In this document: one piece after another, positions 11,432-26,191 of the stretch | How positions within the stretch are numbered: position 1 is the stretch's first letter | Layout: each line of letters opens with the position of its first letter | Assembly: GCF_964204645.1 (NCBI RefSeq) | Contig: NC_134028.1 | Span: forward strand, 8,494,001 to 8,558,000 | Reading direction: 5' to 3' | DNA from: Tubulanus polymorphus | Taxonomy: Eukaryota; Animalia; Nemertea | Length of the DNA: 64,000 bases | Position numbers and translations under genes: made by a program | Notes under the pieces: model-generated | What the model was told of the DNA's origin: nothing | The model's database searches: none | Seen by the model: only the letters and a program-made list of their open reading frames with translations

Positions 11432-13734
11432 TTACACTGACTGACACTCCTGCGGCGGTATGAAAACGTTTGGATCCTGATTTCCAAGCAAAACATCAAA
11501 ATAACTGAAATTCATGAAAACAAACGTCAAAATTCACCTATGGACCAATGATGTGATAAAATATTCAAATAGTTTTTCGAAAAGAGAAATAATGACCAAA
11601 CAATACCGGCAAAAGTAACCTAATGAAATGGCGGCTAGCAACTGTAAAATAGTTTATTGGTGAACGTAGAGCCGTTTGAGCTACAATTATAGAGACCTAT
11701 GAATATTAGAGCTTGTGGAATATTTCATATGAAATAACCTTGAAATTCGAAATTGAAATTTATTTTCATTAGAATGTTACATTATTGGACGATATTACAA
11801 ATATAAGTTAACTAAGTAAAAACTCCCTCTTCGATGATTTTTAGCTGAGCCTATTACTATACAAATGGAGCAAATTTAAATGGCATGGTTTCCAGAATAA
11901 AGGCTCTTTGACTGTGCAACTGAGCATATATTCATACAAATCATGCATTAAAGTATTATCCATTCTCCAACCCCTATGAAGGTGAATTTTGGAAGAGGGC
12001 CTCGCTAAAATTTATATGAGCTTTTCCTGAAAGCCAATCAGAAAGCAAAGACTCCTCGTCTATGATTGGCTTAGCCGCAGAGATCAGCAGGTGTTCACGT
12101 GAACCCGCGGTATCGTCTACCGTTTTACTTCCGGGTTTCATTTTAAGATCTAAAATTGTATATCAATATCGATTTCTGTGAAATCTTTTGTTGATTTGGT
12201 GTTTTTGGGAGGAATATTTTTATTTGCACTATCATTGACAATTGTGCAAAGTGCAGGAAAAATAGCTTTTTCTCAAATCGGATGGATGACCGTGATATGC
12301 CAATGAGCCATGTGCTCAAACTGCAAATTCAATAAAATTTTATTCTGCAAAAAATCCGATTCGATTGTACTTTATTGAACAAGGTACAACAACAAATCCA
12401 ATTCAATTTTGTTTAATTGAGCAATCAATTCTATTTCGCATTCAAATCGATAAGACCAAGGGAAAAGATTTATCTGAGGTATTTGTTCCTGCCAGCTCCA
12501 GTCGCTGTATGTGCTACTTATGAAGACACGATTGAATTGTGTAAATTATTAGCCTGGGATTGACTAGTATGAGCTGGGAGTGTATTTGGATAAATCTAAC
12601 CCACAGAATGCACCATTTGCCATTTTATGAAAAGCTGACAGGTTGGCCATAGTGCCTCTTGGGGCTCTAATTCTCACAACTTCTGATGAAAAGAAATAAT
12701 AAATTTTATATGGCCTTACCTGGTTTGAACAGTCCCATGATGTTTGCTGATAAGAATTTGTTGAATTGGAATACAATCTTTCTCAGTCCATACTGCTGAA
12801 TAACGCCCTGCAGATTATAGCATAATCTATACATATGGTAAGGGAAATAAATTGTAAATTTTAGGAATGCTTCTCAATTTGTATCTATTCTTAATTTTAT
12901 TTCTTACCTCCGGGGGTATCTGCGCCCCACATTTGCGCCGAAACTTGATTAGACGACAAAAGCGATCCAATAGACACTTCACCATAATACGTAGCACTGG
13001 ACGGAATTTGAATAGCCGCCCATGCATGGGTAATCTGCTGACTTTGACAAACTTTAGTCTTCAAATTCAGGCGATATTCCTTGCCCTAGAGAGTAATTTC
13101 ATAACTGAATCCACGATAACAGAACACAATCTCAATATTGGTTCGAACTTAAAATCCGATTATGAGAACTTCGAAGCAGAAACTTACAGCATTGTAAAGA
13201 CGAATTATGTCGTAGTTTTCTTTATCGTCGTTGATGTTAACTTCATCAACGAACCTTTCGCGGCGTCCGATCGCGTCATAGGTGTAATGGGCACGTGATT
13301 CGATCTTTTCACTTGTGTTCAACTGTAAAACGAATCAATCTGATTCAGGTGATTCGCCCTGTTAGGCGTCATTTTCTTAAGAATGTATTGCTGATATACG
13401 ACAACTTACTGTGATAATGATTGCTTCCAGTCGATCCGGTGCATCTGATTAAAGTAAAAGTGAAACCAATGCAAATGATGCAAACTTACGATGATTAGGT
13501 ATTAAAATCCATGAGGTAAATTCTATCCTTCTTTAAACGCAAATTAATGATCGCTTGTTTAGAAATATCTAAATTTGTTTGAATACTTGTTCACGTGTTT
13601 TTCGACGCAAATGTATACACAAAATGGATGTAATTAGGTAATATCGATAGTAATATTCTATTACCGCATGGTATAGGAGCCTGAGCAGCAGCAGCGAAGG
13701 CCAGAAATCCTGCTAAATATATCAGAACGTGCAT
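11432..13734 (-). CDS. EPDR1: Ependymin-related secreted protein, 6 exons (approx. 13734-13665, 13444-13410, 13322-13188, 13086-12909, 12807-12720, 11504-11432)
   Basis: Absent from the ORF track; assembled by hand through in-phase GT-AG introns: signal peptide MHVLIYLAGFLAFAAAAQAPIPC / DAPDRLEA / YTYDAIGRRERF / GKEYRLNLKTKVC...IQIPSSATYYGEVSIG...QMWG / YSAVWTEKDCIP / YFDVLLGNQDPNVFIPPQEC*. The last motif is the typical ependymin C-terminus. Confidence 0.88.
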
Positions 13735-16700
13735 AGCTGACGACAGTCTGTCGAACTCGAATTATTCAAAGACACCTGAAATGGTCCAGCAAAGCTTTTT
13801 GCCTAATCTGAAGAATACCAGTTACGGTAAACAACGGCTGATACTGGAATCTCGAGCCCAAGTGATCGTTGTCCCGGGCCGAATAACATATCTATAATCA
13901 TCCGCACTGCGCGCAGCTGATTGGGTGACCTGGATGGCTGGGTGACTTGATGACTGGCCGACTGGATGGTGGTGACTGTGATGTTGGGGAAGGCGATGGT
14001 GGTTGTCAGTGTTTACACCTACTGTCATGCCCACTGCCAGTAGAAATCATTCAACAATAGTTTATAGAAATTCTGGCGCTAGTACGGTATATGGCATTAT
14101 AGTGCGTGTGCGTTATTCGGTCGGTGTGCTCACAGCAGTTGACCGTTGACACTCGACGGCTGGAGTAAACTACTAGAAGAGATGGCAACTGAGCAATATT
14201 CAGTTCGAATAACTACTATAGGGCGTGGCGAATAGGAGAGCTATTAACCCCAGTGCAAATTGGATTAACTAACTAAAAAGCCAATGAAAATACTTAATTA
14301 GCTTTATTTATTTCCTGGTTCCAAAAATAGATAAAATAAATTGTAAATAAATTATCATAACTTTATGTTGGTAAATTCTAGTATGTTCGGAAAGTAAGTC
14401 ATTATATTTTCTCAACAACATTGAGTTCTAAAGGTATGTGATATGTAACTGACACTCCCTGACTGGACAATAAAACGCACTTACCTTTTGTCCAAAGAGA
14501 TTGTTACTCCCAATCCGTCTACGGTATCTACTTTTAAAGAGCTCCGTAGGAAAGTCAACTCCGTATAACAAACATCTGTTCCCCCTGGAACCCAATCACC
14601 AAAACCTATATTTCAAAATTTATCAATTATCTTTGACAACCCTCTTTCATTTAATCCGATAGTACCGTAGGTTATGGGTTTTATATCTATAACTTTAAAC
14701 CTGATAAATGGGAAACTGACGTGTACTGTTCTCGAAATCATGAAACAGCCGTTTTAATACGATATTATTGTCAGATAGGATGACATAGTTATTGCTTATG
14801 GAAATGATTTGAAATCAACAACTCAACCACGTGTCACTATGACCTATTGTGCGCCATTTGAAGAATTGATAAACTTGAACGGCCAAATTGATACCAATGT
14901 AACAATGCCACAACGAGATTTCAGTCTTACGAATTCGGGTAGTGCGCACGTGCAAGCAGACGAACATGCTGGCAAAGGACTGGCAAAAACTACTCCTGAA
15001 GTCTTGTGTTGAGAACATTGGTATGAGACTAAGTCTTAATTCTATCAGGCGGGCGTCGGTCGCGCCAATGGAGTCTTTGGTCGTCCACTCCGTGTTCTGA
15101 TATCTACTTCAGGATGACGGATTAGTGGGTTCCAAAATTCCATATTGGTTATACAACACAGTAATCTAACAATAGATGACCTACGCAAATCCCTCTAACT
15201 ATAGGAGCAGGTGTTAGATTTGTAATTAAGATTAGAGAAGTTGTCCGATTTTGCTGACGCAAAATTCGACTACCCTTCTAATCTAACGCTATATACAAGG
15301 TATTCGCCGACTCTAGAACCACATCTTTGCCTAAGTTATCTTGAATCAGTTTATTACGACTACACGAATCTATAACAGCCTCCAAATAGGCCGAAATGAA
15401 CCGGATCAACCGATGTTGATTAACTGAGACTTCGAGGGTTTGTAAAGAACACTGGTTCTGTATCAGATAAACATCTATAATACATCTCCTCAGCCAAAAT
15501 CTATGATAACCTTGGGTTATGCAAGGAGTCTGCCTCTAAAATTATGTGACTATCTATTATCTATTTATTCCACTAAGTACATCACCACCAAACTTACAAA
15601 CTACCTGAACTATCCCTCGTTTAGTCAAATTCTGTACCGTCAACCATCTTGCAGAAGTAAAATATCCCTGCCGAATGGGGCCTTCAACTACTGAAGGATG
15701 ATTTAAAAAGTATTGATTTTATAAAATCGACACTTCGACACCTGTATCAACTAATAAGACCTGGAGCCATCCCGAGGAGAAGCTGTTAATTGTTTTGCTG
15801 TACTTGCTAATATCCGAGGAATGTATATTCATCCGTTGGTATATCCTGACTAGACAATAAAAATGGCACTTATTTTTAGTTCCCAAGAGTTGTGTATGAA
15901 ACTGCTTATGAAACTGATGTAAAAATGACAACTCAACCACGTGTTACTATAGCGTATTACACCGCTATGGACTGACGTGAACTGTTCAAACTACGAAATG
16001 TGAAAAACAAGTTTACCAAATAATTAGTTGCATATAACACTATCAACATTAAAGAAATTATGTATATCGTCATTATCATCAATATAGTTTGAAGATTGTT
16101 TGTTTATTGAAAAGGAAGTGGTATTCTCACATCTACAAATTGAGGATCTGTGTTATGGACCATTCGTATATCATGTACAAATTTTATAAACCATCCTTTC
16201 TTTTGTAAATTGTTTTTCTTTTTATCACCCACAACCGTGTAAGATTTCATAAATGATGAATGAATATTGAATTGAATTGAATTGGAAGGTGATACTGTAC
16301 TACAACCCCGTGTGAGAGAATTAACTGAGAAGGGCTCGCAGTAGATAAGACAGAACGAAGAGTACGTCGTTGATTAGAAAACTACACAAATGTATGGAAG
16401 GGAAAAGAACTTTAATGTCCCAATCGCAGTTTGAAAACGCACAGACAGAATATAATTCATGGATGAAATGACATGTATACGGAGATTTTACGAAGATAGA
16501 CAGCGAATATGTGGCTTTATTATCAACGGAGGAGTTAGCTTCGGATAGAAGTTCGTAGTTTAGTTGTAAAGATAAAAAGAGTCCCTAGAATGTCTACCCC
16601 CAAAAATCCTAAGTAACTTTTTTCAATTGAGGTAAATATAAAACAAAAAGGAAATGGTATTTTCTCCGTGCAAAATGATATACAATAGTATTGTGATTGT

Positions 16701-17446
16701 GCTATTGTGTATTGTGTATTGTTTACGACTAATTTCTTGGATTTCATTTATTCAACTTCGTGAAAAATCTCACCAAATTCTCCTCAAAATTTCAAAATAT
16801 TTTCTATCGTCGAGGGGAGACCCCTTGAGCCGCAGTCGTTGGCCGACGTTGTCTACATATTTAAACCACAACCCATATTTCGCAATGCTACATAGCATTA
16901 TACATAGGGGCTGGTTTGAATCTATGGGATGGTCAAACCGAGTAGACCATGGGGTCTTCGAAGTCGACGAAGCCGGAAACTCGTTCCGGAACAATCTAGG
17001 GTGTAATTGGACTACTCGCTATGGAACCAGAGCGAGTGAGACTAATAACGTATTAGCAACAATACATAGCGCAGAACAAAAAAAAATCCGTCAACGAGAC
17101 ATTCATTAGATTCGGTGTTACGAACCGAAAATGACTTGTAGATAACCTTAAATCACGAGTGCGTTTCCTTCGGCTAAATGGCGGATTTAGAGGAGATCCA
17201 GAAGACCCCAGGACCGCACAAAACGAGGGAGGAAAATATAGGGTCGGGAGATCCTACAATGTTCTATTTTGTATTTTTTTCTGCTTCTGGCCATCCTCCC
17301 TCGGCAGGGGATTCTCGTCCCAGGGTGATATGAGGCTGGAGAGATGGAGGATGCCTCCGAGGGAGGATACCTCTGGCATGTGAGTAACTGTAACGACCAA
17401 CGACCTTGAGATGACGGCTGACAATCAGTCATGTGACGGTTTCAAA

Positions 17447-20400
17447 ATGGCGGAGTTTTACGATATCCGTCTTGCTCGAATTATCGTACTTGGAATATCG
17501 TTTATGTTGATGTTCACTGCATTTCAAACATGTTCTATGATCGAGGTATTTAAAGTTAATCTGTTCTATCCATATAACTCGAGATTTGTTGATGACAAGT
17601 GGTGGAATGGTGGTTCATGAAGCTAAAACGATGATGATCATGGTCAAATGTCAACCCCAACCAGCAACCAGTCCAATCTGTCAGTCAGTTCGTTCAGTCT
17701 ACCTACACTACATTCTCAAATCGTAGTTTTCGGAAAGTGGTGGGTTCAACGTCAGACTTTGTCCAAGTCAGATGATTTACACGGCCTAAAATATCCGACA
17801 TACACTAAGGTTTACACTTGGCTCTATTTGATTATTTTTCATGCTACTCCACTCGCTCCATCCATATCCATGATACGATGGCTTTTGAAGTGTTGCCTGT
17901 GCGCTGTAAGCAGGCAGTAGGACTTGAACCCACTTATCACGTGCCTTATCCCCCTCTGAGTTATTGAAGCTGCTAAACTTTTGATAATTTGGAAAGACTG
18001 GGAAAATCCGATCGATTTCTATTGCAGGAGACAGTAATCGAAGGAGCAATAAATGAACCAAACAGTACATTCACCGGAAATGGATATACAAGGTTTCATT
18101 TGCATATGAAAAAATCCGATTTAGTCTGGCAATTCTTTTTTTGCGAAAATTTCTTAAAGTGAAAAACTTTTTTTTTCAGCCTTGCGATAATTTATGCTTC
18201 ATTCGCAGTATCGAATTGGGCGGCGCCTTCGATTGTTAGCGTGTTAGGCCTCAAAATTTCGATGATGGTATCTGGTGCTATTTATGCGTGGGTATTGATA
18301 TTGTTTTATTTTATTCCATTTTATAGTTAAGTTTGAGCGTTGAAGGATAGATCAGTTAGATACTATAATAACAGAAAGGTGGACTGGTGGATATCGTGTC
18401 GACATGGCAATGTGTTAAGTCAATTGTTTTTGATTGTTACTTCGTGGCATCGATATAGAAGAAATTTGAGTTCGAACCCGGGGCAGCTATATATCGCTAG
18501 TTCAGTAAAGTCAACTCACTTAGGCTTGTAAACCACTGAATGTCTTAACTGCCCGGTATTCCAGCCCTGACCTTAAACGAACCTTAAACAATAAGAAACC
18601 ATAAACCTAACCCTTTTAAACCCTTATCCCTTAATCTAATCATAGTGATATGAATGTTATCTGATTATTAGATGGCGGTAAAATAATGTTTGCAAAAATA
18701 CTGTAGCAAAATATGAACTTCCTTGTAACTGTTTAAAACACAGGTACAATCATTGTCATGGAGTTTATCCATACACGTAAACTTCTTGACGAACGTTTGA
18801 GCCAGTCACCCCAAAAGTAAACTGAAAAGAATTATTTTAACAGTCCTTATACACTATCGCGTTGTTGATGTTTGCAGGCTGTTTATAGCGTCATTTTTGA
18901 AACCAATGACGTGGGCATTGTACACGATGTCGGTTTTGGTCGGAATCGCTGCGGCAGGTGACTATATTCGTCATTCAAAAATTGCATTATTTTTCGCTCT
19001 TGTGCTAGTAAAAAGATCTGTCTCGATTGTATTTTTAGTGATATGGACGGCACAAGGAAGTTACTTAACTATCAATTCTGATTCCGATACAATCGCAATT
19101 ACAAGTGGAATTTTCTGGGCATTGTTTCAGTGCAGGTGGGTGCCCTAAAATCTTCTTTCAGATAATATAATTTTTCGATGCTTCGTAAGATAGGCAATAG
19201 GGGGGCCAGCACAAATGAATTTGAATTTTCCTACATTCAAACTAAGGGGAGCTATGCTTTTTCCAGGTACTCTTGATAAAACGAAAATGATGATAATAAT
19301 GATGATGAAAATTGTATAAAAACTAGTAGTATCCAGACTTCTGAACTTACTTTTTCGTGAGAGTCAGGCTATTCGATTTAAACACATATATCAATGTCTA
19401 TATGTTACCAGAATTAATGTAATGGCTGTCGAATGTGCATCTATGCTTACATTACTGCACGTGATTAGATTTTCGGGTTTTTCTTTTATCTTCCAGTTTG
19501 CTGATAGGAAACGTGTATGTTTATTTTACGTTCAAAGGTGATATAACAGTGGACGCGGCGACCAGGACTACGTTGTTTTTAGTGTTTACAGCGGTCTGTG
19601 TGGCGGGCGTTTTGTTTCTCGCGATATTGTTCTGTCTGAAAGGTCGACAAGAGACCAGTATGGAGTCTCTAGTAGTTCCAATAAATCCGGGGTAAAGTAA
19701 TTTACGACAGTGTGCTGTTTGAAAATCGTTTTACCGATTAACTGCTGCGAATTGATTTCAATTTTTCCAAAAAATTGCAATGTTGAGCGATGTTCTAATG
19801 GAGTAGTGCTACAGGGTGAAATCGTTGAAACGTAATTGAATTCAATGTAGAATATGACATAACATTTTGATAAATCCTGTTGTTCTAAAGTGTCTTAGTG
19901 TTTTACATATTTGACTATGTAAATTAATTTGATTCTTAGCAGATCAAGATTTGATTCTTAGCAGATCAAGTCAGGGTAAACAACTTGCATGTCAAGAAAC
20001 AGTCAGGAAAAAAGCGGGAATTGGAATTTTTGATGAAAACCTATTTTCCTGATGCTCAACTCTGTATCCAGTCACTGCTCATCTTCACCCGTCAAGGGAT
20101 TCGAACCCACTCTGCTAAAGCTGTTCCCCGAACCCCTTGACCTCACGAGTCGTTGGAGTCGTTACTAGCCGACCAGAATCCGGTCGTACCAATCACAGCG
20201 CTTGTAACAAACCGTCAGTAGACTTCTGTTGGTTTTCCCGTTAAATTGACCAATCAGCGAACGTTTTACCGAACAAGGAAGTATTTCGCAAATCGATATA
20301 TGACGTCATGCGCAACAGCGCCAGTAATGAAACCACGCTTCGTGAGGCCAGGGGGCTGGTGGAAGCGAGTTCGGGAGTGATACCGGACCCCTGGCAAGCG

Positions 20401-23400
20401 AGGATGGTTGCTGTTCCAACCCTGCCATGTCTGTACAATGTTGTATTAAGTATTTTTGTGTGCTGTTTTCAGTGATGGAGAAAACCGGGGAAATAATGGG
20501 CCGTTACAAGCGCTTAGTAAGTTCAGTTAATCGTGATTTTGAATGCTGTCAAAATTTAGTTTTATCTACTTTACCGATGTCTTAGTACATAATTGATTTC
20601 AATCATTCATTTACAGAACGATCGTTCCATTTGTTTATTACTAGAGAAATGTTATTGCTCAGCGTCACATTTGGATTCACAGGTACCTAAATTCATCATT
20701 AAATTTGTGAAATTATGAAAAGTGAGTACACTCCACTTACCACTGAGCCTCTGATTATTGTATGTCCTGGGCAAAACATTGAAAACTTTCTCATTCGAAT
20801 ACATGTAATATCGACCCATCCCTGCTCCGGCTGCCCTGAAAATCGAATACCTCGGAGCTAATTTATCGTCACCGAAGATCTGAGGCTAGCGGAGTCTACT
20901 GCATATAGCAGACAGAGGTTTCTTCGGAACTATCTGAAGTATGCAATATTGGCAATTTTTGGATTTAAAAGATTGAGCCTGTATAAAGATCTGAGGTAAT
21001 TTGTATGATACATTGTGCATTGTATAATTATAAAAGTCCTTTGTTAATCATATTGACACATGTTGTATCGAGGTATGCAAGTTAATTTGATAATCCAAAT
21101 TGCGAATTATGTTTTTTATCGTGGTGGATGAGGCATTGAAAATTGCACATGTGGCTATTTTGAGAAACAAAAACCGTAGATATTTGTTTTATTTTTATGT
21201 GCGATCGATGAAACAAATCTGTTTATTTTGTTTTATCACGACAATGAAGCAAAATACGACAATACATAAACTAGTTACCATTGATGTAATTAAATACCCT
21301 ATCGATGTTTGAGGATAATATGAAATCCACACTAAAAATAAAAACGTTAAAAAAAACATATCAGAATTGTTATTTTCTCAGTGTGGGATTTTATATGAGC
21401 AGTTGACTAGACTGGTGAAACTTCGAATGCCTTCTTGTCCAATATTCACTATACTTTGCGATACTATATGAATTATGATTCCTATGTTGTACTCGTAAAT
21501 CACCAAATAACGAAATGGTGACGTGTTGTTTCTGGTAGTGGTACAAATTGTCTGAATTGGCCCCCATTATGCTGTATATTGGGAGCTCAATCATCCCTAT
21601 TTACTGGAAAATACTCAAATATTCCTTTCAGAAACACAGAGCTTTTAGTGTGGTGTCTTTTCTACCTCATTACAGGTCTTTCACTCACATTCTTCAGTGG
21701 TGTTTACGGTACATGTGTCGGTCATTCGCAAAAGTTTGGTACCGATGCTAAAGGCCTGATCGGAATTTGTGGAATATTCATCGGAGTTGGTGAAATTCTA
21801 GGTAATTATGAAGCTAAATACGGATATCCAATACATCAAAATCTTGAATAATGAAAGGATAATTGTGCACAAGCTTGTTTGATAAGGATTTTAGATATTC
21901 AAACAAATTACATGCAGTTGCACCTACACAAGTGTATGTATGTTAATCTTGGGAGGGAATAACTCTAACCAAGATGGTTTGCTTTTGTTGTTAGTTGACT
22001 AGTATAGTCGTATTAACTAGTGGTAGGAACTGGACGCACTTTTGCTTTATCTTACACATTTCATTGCCTTGGGAATCTAGGTCAGATGCTACAACAGCGA
22101 CTGCGCTCAATTGCATGTTTCACTGTTTTTGGACTAACTGACATTTGAGTCCATAGTCCAGCTACTTGACTCGATCATAATTGAGTTACCGGTAAATCTT
22201 CAGTTAATCTAAAACTAGCGTCCGAATCTGGCTGCAGGAATACTGAGAATATGTTATGCCAAGGTAGCAGGGTTCAGGCCCTCTGTTAGCACAACCATAG
22301 CTGCTACACATTTCAGCCTTGCACCCGTATGATTTAGCGATAATTTAATCACTACAATTTTCAATTTTCTACACAAGGTGGTGCTCTGTTCGGTTTATTC
22401 GGCAAGTGGATTAAACGATTTGGTAGAGATCCCATTGTATTGTTCGGTTTCCTAGTAAACATAACGACGTATTATCTGATATTCTTAAATCTGCCGCAAA
22501 TGTCTCCCATCGAAGAAACTGATGGTGCGGTGTATGTGGACTTTGGGTAAATTTTCTCTATGATAATTTTAAGACCATTTGTTAGGTACCGGTACGTATG
22601 TAAGCTGTGCCTTCGGTCCACAAGGTTGAAGTCAAAAGCAAACAATCTCTGTACATTAATGTAGCCCGGTAGAGAGAGTGAAGATACAAGATAAATCAGT
22701 TGATGTGCATTCCTTAAAAAGTAATGTATGGTCTTATTTTTTCTCAATATTTGAGTACAAATGTAGAACCCAACCTTTTTTTGACATTAATATAGGTAAT
22801 AAGTAAAATCAATGGAGTTTCTTTATTTTTTGCATACTTGGGTAATCGACCTAGTATCAATATTTACCTATGTTAGATAGCTTTTTGGGTACCGGTACGT
22901 AACTCATGAATGGTCCCACATAGATTTTCAAACGAATCATATTGATTTTGAATCATGTCACTTTTTGTGGTAGTAATTTGTAAGATGAAATTCCTTTTTA
23001 GAAAGTTTTCCAAGTATGTGGCGGTGATCTGTGCATTCCTTATAGGCTTGGGTGACAGTAGTTTCAATACACAGGTTAGTAGGTTATCGGTTTCTAGATG
23101 TTTTTACTTCGAAAAAATGGGTATCATCCATGCATTACAAACTTATTGCAAAAGGTGAGGGAATGTTTACGAAGAAATGAAATGTAGATGAGCCGCTTCC
23201 ATAGTCATGGCTTATATTTAGACCGGTGTAAGACCAAGTCTAAGAGCAATTTAAGACCGGTCTTATGATTAAAAACCACTTTTGGATTAAGTCATCTTTA
23301 GAAAGACCCCTCTCCCCCCCCCCGGAAGGTGAGGAGAGTGGGCACCTGGGGGCATTTGATTTGAATTTGGGGCCATTGGAATATGAACTGAACTGATCTA

Positions 23401-24296
23401 CTGTATTTTATTCTATTGTTTTGCAGATATATTCAATGTTAGGATTTTTATATCCTGAGGACAGTGCTCCAGCTTTTGCCTTGTTTAAATTTGTCCAGGT
23501 AACCAATATCACAAGCAATATATTCCCACTAGAAAATTAAAGATAGCAATTCATACAAAACTCATTGAATTGAAATACCAGTTCCACAGTTCCTTGTTAT
23601 ACAATTTGATTAAACTTGACTCGTGACTGTTGAACTGGGTCCAGTTTGCAAAATGCTTCAGCGATCTAGTGCTAGCTTTGCACTTTGGTCAATAATCAAT
23701 TAGATATTCAACGCTTTCCTATCATAATCAATAAACAAAATTCATCACGAACTTCATCAAAATCTAAATATCCTTCTAATCATGAAATCAATATGCAGTA
23801 AACCTTGCCTAATTCAGATAAACTGGGACCGGCAAAATTCGTTTTTGTCCGAGTTTGTTAAAATTCCGAGTTGGCCATGGTGTGTGTTAGGCGCGGTTTA
23901 CTGTGTGTCATTTGCGTAAGAGATTTACATTAAAGTTCTTGTCTTGCCAGCAATACATTATTGAAGCAAATATAAAGAATATTTGAAATCCAATGCTGGT
24001 AAGCCACTCATTTTGGAGTGATAAAAATCTATATGGTGAACACGAAATTGATTTATTTGCAGTCCGTCGTAGCGGCAATCGCATATGCATACAGCAGTAG
24101 TCTACAAGTACAATGGCAGTTACTGATCCTGGCCACTGCCTGTACGCTATCATCCATAACATTCTTCGTATTAGAATTCTCACCTGCCACGCAACCAGTT
24201 TATAAATGCGGAACCCAGTATCAGGCTGTATCCCTGGACAGTCCGCGAGAGTCCTCAGATGACGGAATCGGTCAAGACGACGAAAATGAAACTTAA
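17447..24296 (+). CDS. MFSD11: MFSD11/UNC93-like MFS transporter, copy 1 (about 13 exons; alternative terminal exon at 25335-25505)
   Basis: Exons include MAEFYDIRLARIIVLGISFMLMFTAFQT, GNGYT, NWAAPSIVSVLG, IWTAQGSYLTINS, SGIFWALFQ, GNVYVYF, LTFFSGVYGTC, GIFIGVGEILG, FLIGLGDSSFNTQ and DSAPAFALFKF, all with GT-AG boundaries. Confidence 0.9.
20080..20406. mobile_element. Probable MITE in an intron of MFSD11 copy 1
   Basis: The block is absent from the paralogous intron of copy 2 (about 48487). Its ends CATCTTCACCCGTCAAGGG and CCCTGGCAAGCGAGGATG are imperfect inverted repeats, and the same 18-mer occurs at about 2988. Confidence 0.55.
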
Positions 24297-25334
24297 AAAG
24301 AGAGAGCAAGAATTTTGTGATTCAAAATCGTTTTATGAATCCTGGTAGGATGTGATTTCAAGTGATTGCTAATGCAAATTATTTATGCTAATGTGGTTAT
24401 CAATCTTCAGCCTGGAATCACCCCTTCAAAAGTTTGAAGAAGACTGAATGAACATTTGAAAGTGTGGTGACAAAATGTATTTGCTCTTTTTTCTAGTGTT
24501 TATAACCCATTTGATATTTCGTTTTTTTAACGTTGGACATTATCTTGGACTGTCAAAAATTGGCAGAATGACGTTAGGTGTCGGGGCCTCTTACAGACCA
24601 GTGTCGAGCTTTTTTGTGGGACAGTTCTATTTCAAGGAAAAGGGCACTTTCCCCATGAAAAGGGGCACTTTCCTATTGAATAAAGAAAGATCTTAGATAT
24701 GAAGTGCCCGGGTACCAAATCGAAAATCATTTGAGAATGGACTACTTCTCATTTTCCAAAAAAAGAAATGAAAATTGTATCCAACTTTCGAAAAATCTCG
24801 ACCAAAATTTATTGAACTGACTTTTTGAAGGGGACTTTGAAAATCTGCTACCCCCTGCTCTAAGGTTTGTGAGCGCGGGCTAATCGATCGATTGATAACT
24901 GCCATTAGCGGGATCAGTGGCACTCAAGAGGCCATATCTGAGTATCAAATTTTTTAAATTTTCTTCCTACCAAACTGAAAATGAACCAACCCACTCTCGC
25001 TTATTTCTCACGCTACGGGTTTGACTGCTATCAAACGGAGCTAGTTTCATAAACTAGTTTTCATTATGTTAGACCCTGTATACGTTTTGCTTTAGTTAGA
25101 ACTTCTATAGCCCAATGAACAACCCTCGAACCAATCTTAATTGGTCATAGCCAATCTTTAGGAACACTTTTGGACTTAAGTCATGATATGGTAACTGGGT
25201 CCCTGGAACAATGAACTATAAGGGTATTAAGATTGGTGCATGTAACGTGTAAACCTTACATTTCATGTTATTACCTGTCCCGACATAGAAATTTCATATG
25301 AAGCAGAATAATCATATTCTGATATCGGTTTCAG

Positions 25335-25505
25335 TCGGTGTTAACTGCTGTCGGCTTTTTCTACAGTACAGCTCTACAGCTCGAGTTTCAGCTGCTGATA
25401 ATGGTCATAGGAACAACTTTAGGAACTCTGTCTTTTTTCGTGGTCGAGCACTCAGGAAATTTACATAATCGCAGTGGGTATGCGGAGATAGGTTCCAGTA
25501 TGTGA
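25335..25505 (+). CDS. MFSD11: Second, duplicated terminal exon of MFSD11 copy 1
   Basis: TTTCAG acceptor followed by 57 codons SVLTAVGFFYSTALQLEFQLLIM...YAEIGSSM*, nearly identical to the last exon of copy 2 (51817-51987). Confidence 0.65.
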   Translation, partial: SVLTAVGFFYSTALQLEFQLLIMVIGTTLGTLSFFVVEHSGNLHNRSGYAEIGSSM

Positions 25506-26191
25506 AATAAACCAAACGTTTCTTCCAAAACGACTTGATATTTTGTGCATGGTTATTAAAATATTATAAAAAAATGAAATATATTAATATTTGTACAATT
25601 ATGTATATTTACTTGTGTTCTAAAAATAGAAACTGTTCATAATACATGTTTATCTTCATTTTGGTTTCGTCCCATTTGCTGGATTTTTTAATTTGGATTT
25701 GTCATATATACTGCTGGCATGCGAACCAGATTCCAGATCGCCTTGCCGGTTCAATAGGCGTTTTCGCTTTACGTACATGCACTGAGGATGAAATTTAAAA
25801 CAACTACGGAACCGCACGGATACCGTAGCGTGTTCAGGGGGAGGGGGATTTTATTTGTCGAAAATCAATTGATATCAGAGCCAACACAACCGAGACTTCC
25901 ACTCCATTTTTGTCATTACTTCATTTTACAACCTAAACACAATTAGTTTTGTTAAGGAATGACGGTATGATTTTTAAGCAAATAATGCCGTTCAAAAGAG
26001 TGTGCCATCGGAAACTCGTAGGTCATATAATGTTCCATTTAATTGTATTTGTTTTGCTTCTGGCAGGGCGGGAGATTCTCGAACCCGTGTTTGTGGCCTT
26101 ACCGTCCGGCTTACGTGGGAGGATACTCTGGCATGTGAGTAAAGATCAAAGCAACGATGACGGCCGACAATCAGTCATGTGACTGTTCAAA

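Noticed and set aside
12867-13298. 143-aa plus-strand ORF
   Set aside because: Antisense to exons of the ependymin-related gene.
13822-14034. His-rich 70-aa ORF and a possible exon at about 14485-14605 on the minus strand
   Set aside because: Splice-like signals exist but I could not assemble a recognisable protein; left uncalled.
14700-17100. Possible decayed element or small gene (short direct repeats at about 14818/15928, ORFs 16654-17109 and 16770-16994)
   Set aside because: No recognisable domain, LTR pair or TSD.
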